From an uncultured Candidatus Bathyarchaeia archaeon (GTDB lineage Archaea > Thermoproteota > Bathyarchaeia > Bathyarchaeales > Bathyarchaeaceae), in the NCBI GenBank assembly GCA_964503065.1, contig CAZCYX010000035.1:1-16135 (forward strand): a DNA stretch of 16,135 nucleotides, written 5' to 3'. Each line of letters opens with the position of its first letter. Position 1 is the first letter of the stretch. The notes beneath the pieces were generated by a model. The model did no database searches. It saw only the letters and a program-made list of their open reading frames with translations, and had not been told where the DNA came from. A program made the position numbers and the translations under genes. Shown here one piece after another: positions 13,441 through 16,135 of the stretch.

Positions 13441-14187
13441 ATGATGAACGAGAGTTGGTGTGTTGAGTTGTTAACTCTCATACTTGCAGAGACAGCCCTT
13501 GAGACTATCCCGAAGAAATTGTGGAGACACCCAGCGATTGAACGTTACTCGGAAAAACGTGGAAAATCTCCTGAGTTTCTTCTTCTCGATCGGTCTTACC
13601 ACCATACCGTGATGAAGTCGCTTAAAGGGAACGAAAAAAGAGGACGCCCTGACATAGTGCATTTCGCTTTGCTAGAGGCTTTATCTTCTCCTCTGAACAA
13701 AGAACGACTACTCCAAATCTATGTGCACACTATCAACGACTATGTGATTATGGTCAACCCTCAAGTTCGGCTACCAAGAAATTACAATCGATTCATCGGT
13801 TTAATGGAACAACTGTTTGAGTTTAGGAAGATTCCGCCCACTGGACCATCTCTACTTACCTTAACATGTGAAACTTTACCCCATCTTCTCCAAAAAATCA
13901 AACCAACCTTCGTTTTAGCCTTCACCAGAAAAGGAGAACTTCACACTTTGGAAGAGGCTGTAGCCAAAATTACAGAAGAGGAAAAGCCAGTAGTGATGAT
14001 AGGTGGATTTCCTCATGGTCACTTCTCCACTAAGACCCTCAAACTAGTGGATAAGGCAGTCTCCATAGATGTGGAAATGCTAGAAACATGGACTGTGACT
14101 TCTAGAGTGATCTACGAGTATGAACGAGCAATCTCTCTCCCAAAGAAACGATTGAGAGAGTTAACTGTTGAAAGAAAGACATCGTAA
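13441..14187 (+). CDS. nep1: Ribosomal RNA small-subunit methyltransferase Nep1 (Emg1).
   Basis: LTLILAETALETIPKK, the RPDIVH motif and IYVHTINDYVIMVNPQVRLPRNYNRFIGLMEQLF are Nep1 hallmarks. Start ATG 13441 or 13444 is preferred. The track start at 13351 adds 30 non-conserved residues. AATAATTTAT lies about 25 nt upstream of 13441. Confidence 0.9.
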   Translation: MMNESWCVELLTLILAETALETIPKKLWRHPAIERYSEKRGKSPEFLLLDRSYHHTVMKSLKGNEKRGRPDIVHFALLEALSSPLNKERLLQIYVHTINDYVIMVNPQVRLPRNYNRFIGLMEQLFEFRKIPPTGPSLLTLTCETLPHLLQKIKPTFVLAFTRKGELHTLEEAVAKITEEEKPVVMIGGFPHGHFSTKTLKLVDKAVSIDVEMLETWTVTSRVIYEYERAISLPKKRLRELTVERKTS

Positions 14188-14271
14188 AGCACCCCGTTAC
14201 CCAAAAGAAAAAGCAAGACTACGAAGCTCCTTCTCCCCCTCTATACTAGACCTAGACAGACACAGACACCA

Positions 14272-15087
14272 TCACAACTTACTCCCAACACCCAAGTCTG
14301 AAACGACCTCTCTGACCAAGTGTTCCCTCTCACCAGCAGCCAAATCCAACAAGTTCCTATACCGAGACAACCCAAAACCAGGGCTATCTGTCTTTCCAAC
14401 AGGACAAAAATCGTAGCAATATCCACAATAAAAATGCTGGTCACGTGTCTTCTCCCTCAACTTTGAAACGAAGTTAATACATTTGTCTCGGTCATGACCC
14501 AAAGGTGGACTAACATCTTCTCGAATAGCCCTCGGTGGACACAAATCAATGCATACCCGACATTTGAGGCACGGATCAAAATCAGTTATTTTTTCGTCTG
14601 GCTCAAGACTGGCATCCGTAAGAACCACTCCAAAGTTGACCCTAGGCCCATATTTTGGAGTTATAATAATCCCACATCTACCATAAACGCCCAGACCAGC
14701 CTCGTAAGCAGCGAGTTTAGACGGAAAGCGAGGAATCAACTTTTCTCGATCGAAATATCCAGTTGGGACAACGGCACAATACCCTTTTTCTCGAAGATAC
14801 TCTGCTACCTTATATTGTAGCCAATCACGAAAAATATGCATGACTCTGTCTTCTCCAGTGATTTTATTCTCTATCTTCAGAGTGCGATAGTAGTCTGGTC
14901 CTACATAAATGGCAAAAACAACCACTGAATTGCAGTTTTTCATAACATCTTTTGGGCGACAGCCAGACACGGCATTCTCGAAGCCTTTATTTGCATCTGC
15001 AACTCGCATATCATAGGCGCCAAAGCCCTTTACAAACCGTTCTAACTCGTTCTTCAAATCAAATGGACCACTTTCACGCATCAACAT
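14272..15087 (-). CDS. QueG-family (epoxyqueuosine-reductase-like / reductive-dehalogenase-related) protein with two 4Fe-4S clusters.
   Basis: The motifs CLKCRVCIDLCP and CGYCYDFCP are both CxxCxxCxxxCP. AGLGVYGRCGIIITPKYGPRVNFGVVLTDASLEPDE parallels the QueG segment AGLGWIGKNT.LITPEFGSW.FLGE.LTD.ELEPD. Confidence 0.7.
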   Translation of the reverse strand: MLMRESGPFDLKNELERFVKGFGAYDMRVADANKGFENAVSGCRPKDVMKNCNSVVVFAIYVGPDYYRTLKIENKITGEDRVMHIFRDWLQYKVAEYLREKGYCAVVPTGYFDREKLIPRFPSKLAAYEAGLGVYGRCGIIITPKYGPRVNFGVVLTDASLEPDEKITDFDPCLKCRVCIDLCPPRAIREDVSPPLGHDRDKCINFVSKLREKTRDQHFYCGYCYDFCPVGKTDSPGFGLSRYRNLLDLAAGEREHLVREVVSDLGVGSKL

Positions 15088-15177
15088 ACCCCCAATGATT
15101 CTTAACCATCATTTGTGATTTCCTACAAATAAGACTGGTGAATGCTAATTCTGTATCTGACAAACAAAGTCTGGTTA

Positions 15178-15256
15178 TGGTGCGGCCGCCGGGATTTGAA
15201 CCCGGGATTGCAAGCTTGGAAGGCTTGAGTCCTAAACCAGACTAGACCACGACCGC
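15178..15256 (-). tRNA. tRNA-Gly (anticodon UCC) with genomically encoded 3' CCA.
   Basis: Manual fold: acceptor GCGGTCG/CGGCCGC (one G-U pair). D-stem GTCT/GGAC. Anticodon stem CAAGC/GCTTG with loop CTTCCAA (anticodon TCC). T-arm CCGGG-TTCAAAT-CCCGG. Discriminator A, then CCA. 79 nt, no intron. Confidence 0.85.
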
Positions 15257-15362
15257 CAACCAAATTTTATCATGACAGAAATGGCTTGGTTGCAGATATA
15301 TCTATTACGGGTTCGGAGTAGCCCTGCTGTATCAGCGACTGCCCACGTAAAGGTCTAAAAGC

Positions 15363-15370
15363 TTTATAAT
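15363..15370 (+). promoter_or_regulatory. TATA box (TTTATAAT) for the downstream secreted-protein gene.
   Basis: It lies 31 nt upstream of ATG 15401. A GAGGAAG Shine-Dalgarno-like element lies 4 nt before the ATG. Confidence 0.4.
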
Positions 15371-15400
15371 GTAAGCGAAAAATTGTATTGAGGAAGACAA

Positions 15401-16135
15401 ATGAAGGAGCTATTTTCCAAAACAATCTTCATCATCATTTTCTCGATGACCATCCTTCAAGCTTCAAAATCTTTAGGCAATCCCCAAATGTCGCTATCCC
15501 CATTAGCATTTTCTTCGGCAACAAACGGTGAACTTTGGGAAATTTTTGACAGAATAACTCCCACATTGGACCAGATTGAATGGTTTGAAGAAGGAGTTCA
15601 CCCAGGACCGCCTTCTTGGATATCTGATGGTAGATGGTACGATGCCCATAGCCGTCAAATTCTCGTGAAATCTGGAAACTACATTTTTGCCACTTTCTAT
15701 GAAACCTTCAACTGGACAGCTGTAAACGAATCTTTTGAGAAGGAAGGATGGCACATCTACCCTTCATTTGATGATTTTAGATCTGACGTAATCAATAATC
15801 CAAGTTGGTGGCTACTATTTTCTTGGAATATACCTGGAGATTGGCTTGGCATCTCATTAAACAAAACCAAAGTAGTAGTCGAATTCGATTCTAACTCCTT
15901 TACAACTCATATAGAGATATCATGTCACATCGCTAATATACCGGGATATTTTGTAGAAAGCCTTGGTCAACCAATGGAGATAGGAATTGGAGGAGAAAAA
16001 CTACCAAAACCTCTCTTTGCAGGCTTAGATTTGACAGCGATTTATATCGGCGACTTCGACGCTTTGCAATTGCATGATGATTATGGGCCAAACCATGGAT
16101 ATTATAGGATATATTTCAAGGCTCCAGCTAATCTT
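15401..16135 (+). CDS. Secreted or membrane hypothetical protein, 3'-truncated by the window edge. It is not in the ORF track.
   Basis: Manual translation from ATG 15401 gives 245 codons with no stop to the end of the window: MKELFSKTIFIIIFSMTILQASKSLGNPQ... A hydrophobic signal peptide is present. A TATA box and a ribosome-binding site lie upstream. The antisense ORF 15503-15754 is therefore rejected. Confidence 0.6.
   Translation, partial: MKELFSKTIFIIIFSMTILQASKSLGNPQMSLSPLAFSSATNGELWEIFDRITPTLDQIEWFEEGVHPGPPSWISDGRWYDAHSRQILVKSGNYIFATFYETFNWTAVNESFEKEGWHIYPSFDDFRSDVINNPSWWLLFSWNIPGDWLGISLNKTKVVVEFDSNSFTTHIEISCHIANIPGYFVESLGQPMEIGIGGEKLPKPLFAGLDLTAIYIGDFDALQLHDDYGPNHGYYRIYFKAPANL

Noticed and set aside
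13471-13662. Minus-strand ORF inside nep1.
   Set aside because: It is antisense to a strongly conserved Nep1 gene.
14168-14820. ORFs 14168-14416 (+), 14241-14444 (-) and 14494-14820 (+) overlapping the QueG-like gene.
   Set aside because: They are shadow ORFs. The 271-aa minus-strand frame carries both Fe-S motifs and the conserved QueG core.
15178-15400. tRNA-Gly as an integration site for a mobile element or genomic island.
   Set aside because: No integrase, direct repeat of the tRNA 3' end, or atypical-composition block was seen on either side within the window. The flanking genes look chromosomal.
15503-15754. Minus-strand 83-aa ORF from the track.
   Set aside because: It is antisense to a longer plus-strand open frame (15401 to the window end) that has a TATA box, a ribosome-binding site and a signal peptide.
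1-16135. CRISPR arrays, tandem repeats, IS elements and toxin-antitoxin pairs.
   Set aside because: There are no regularly spaced direct repeats. No transposase-like or integrase-like ORF was found, and no terminal inverted repeats were found. The ribbon-helix-helix-like small gene has no adjacent toxin-sized partner other than the flotillin gene.

Overview
Archaeal chromosomal window, AT-rich (roughly 40% GC by eye), with dense coding on both strands. No CRISPR array, IS element, integrase, rRNA or large repeat was found.

The core of the window (2035-5924, minus strand) is the conserved archaeal translation operon: rps19e, a PDCD5-like dsDNA-binding protein, rpl39e, rpl31e, eIF6, rplX, prefoldin alpha and ftsY. 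The 51-aa rpl39e is missing from the supplied ORF track and was found by hand at 4971-5126. Several genes in this operon appear to start with TTG or GTG. L31e carries a roughly 106-aa poly-glutamate N-terminal extension.

Other housekeeping genes are: a carbamoyltransferase with non-canonical ornithine-binding motifs; a flavodoxin-like FMN reductase; the C-terminal part of a MEDS-like sensor; a CRS1/YhbY-like RNA-binding protein overlapping RNase P subunit Rpp21; threonine synthase with an N-terminal zinc ribbon; the Nep1/Emg1 rRNA methyltransferase; and a QueG-family Fe-S reductase next to tRNA-Gly(UCC) with encoded CCA.

The most unusual region is 6.3-13.3 kb. It holds a bacterial-type flotillin (SPFH) gene that appears to form a three-gene module. 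A hand-found 49-aa Cys/His micro-ORF ends 2 nt upstream of the flotillin start. An about 80-aa ribbon-helix-helix-like protein is coupled downstream. A 36-bp imperfect palindrome carrying twin TATA-like elements sits upstream of the module.

Three genes for exported proteins share a nearly identical 15-nt element, CTATA-s-y-TTAGAACA, 41-68 nt upstream of their starts; these are a signal-peptide protein, a PepSY-like membrane-anchored protein and a large glycosylated surface protein with cohesin-like and beta-helix domains. This suggests a small regulon. A possible structured plus-strand RNA lies in the 380-nt gap between the two operons.

All product calls rest on motif and architecture recognition by eye. 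No database search was possible.
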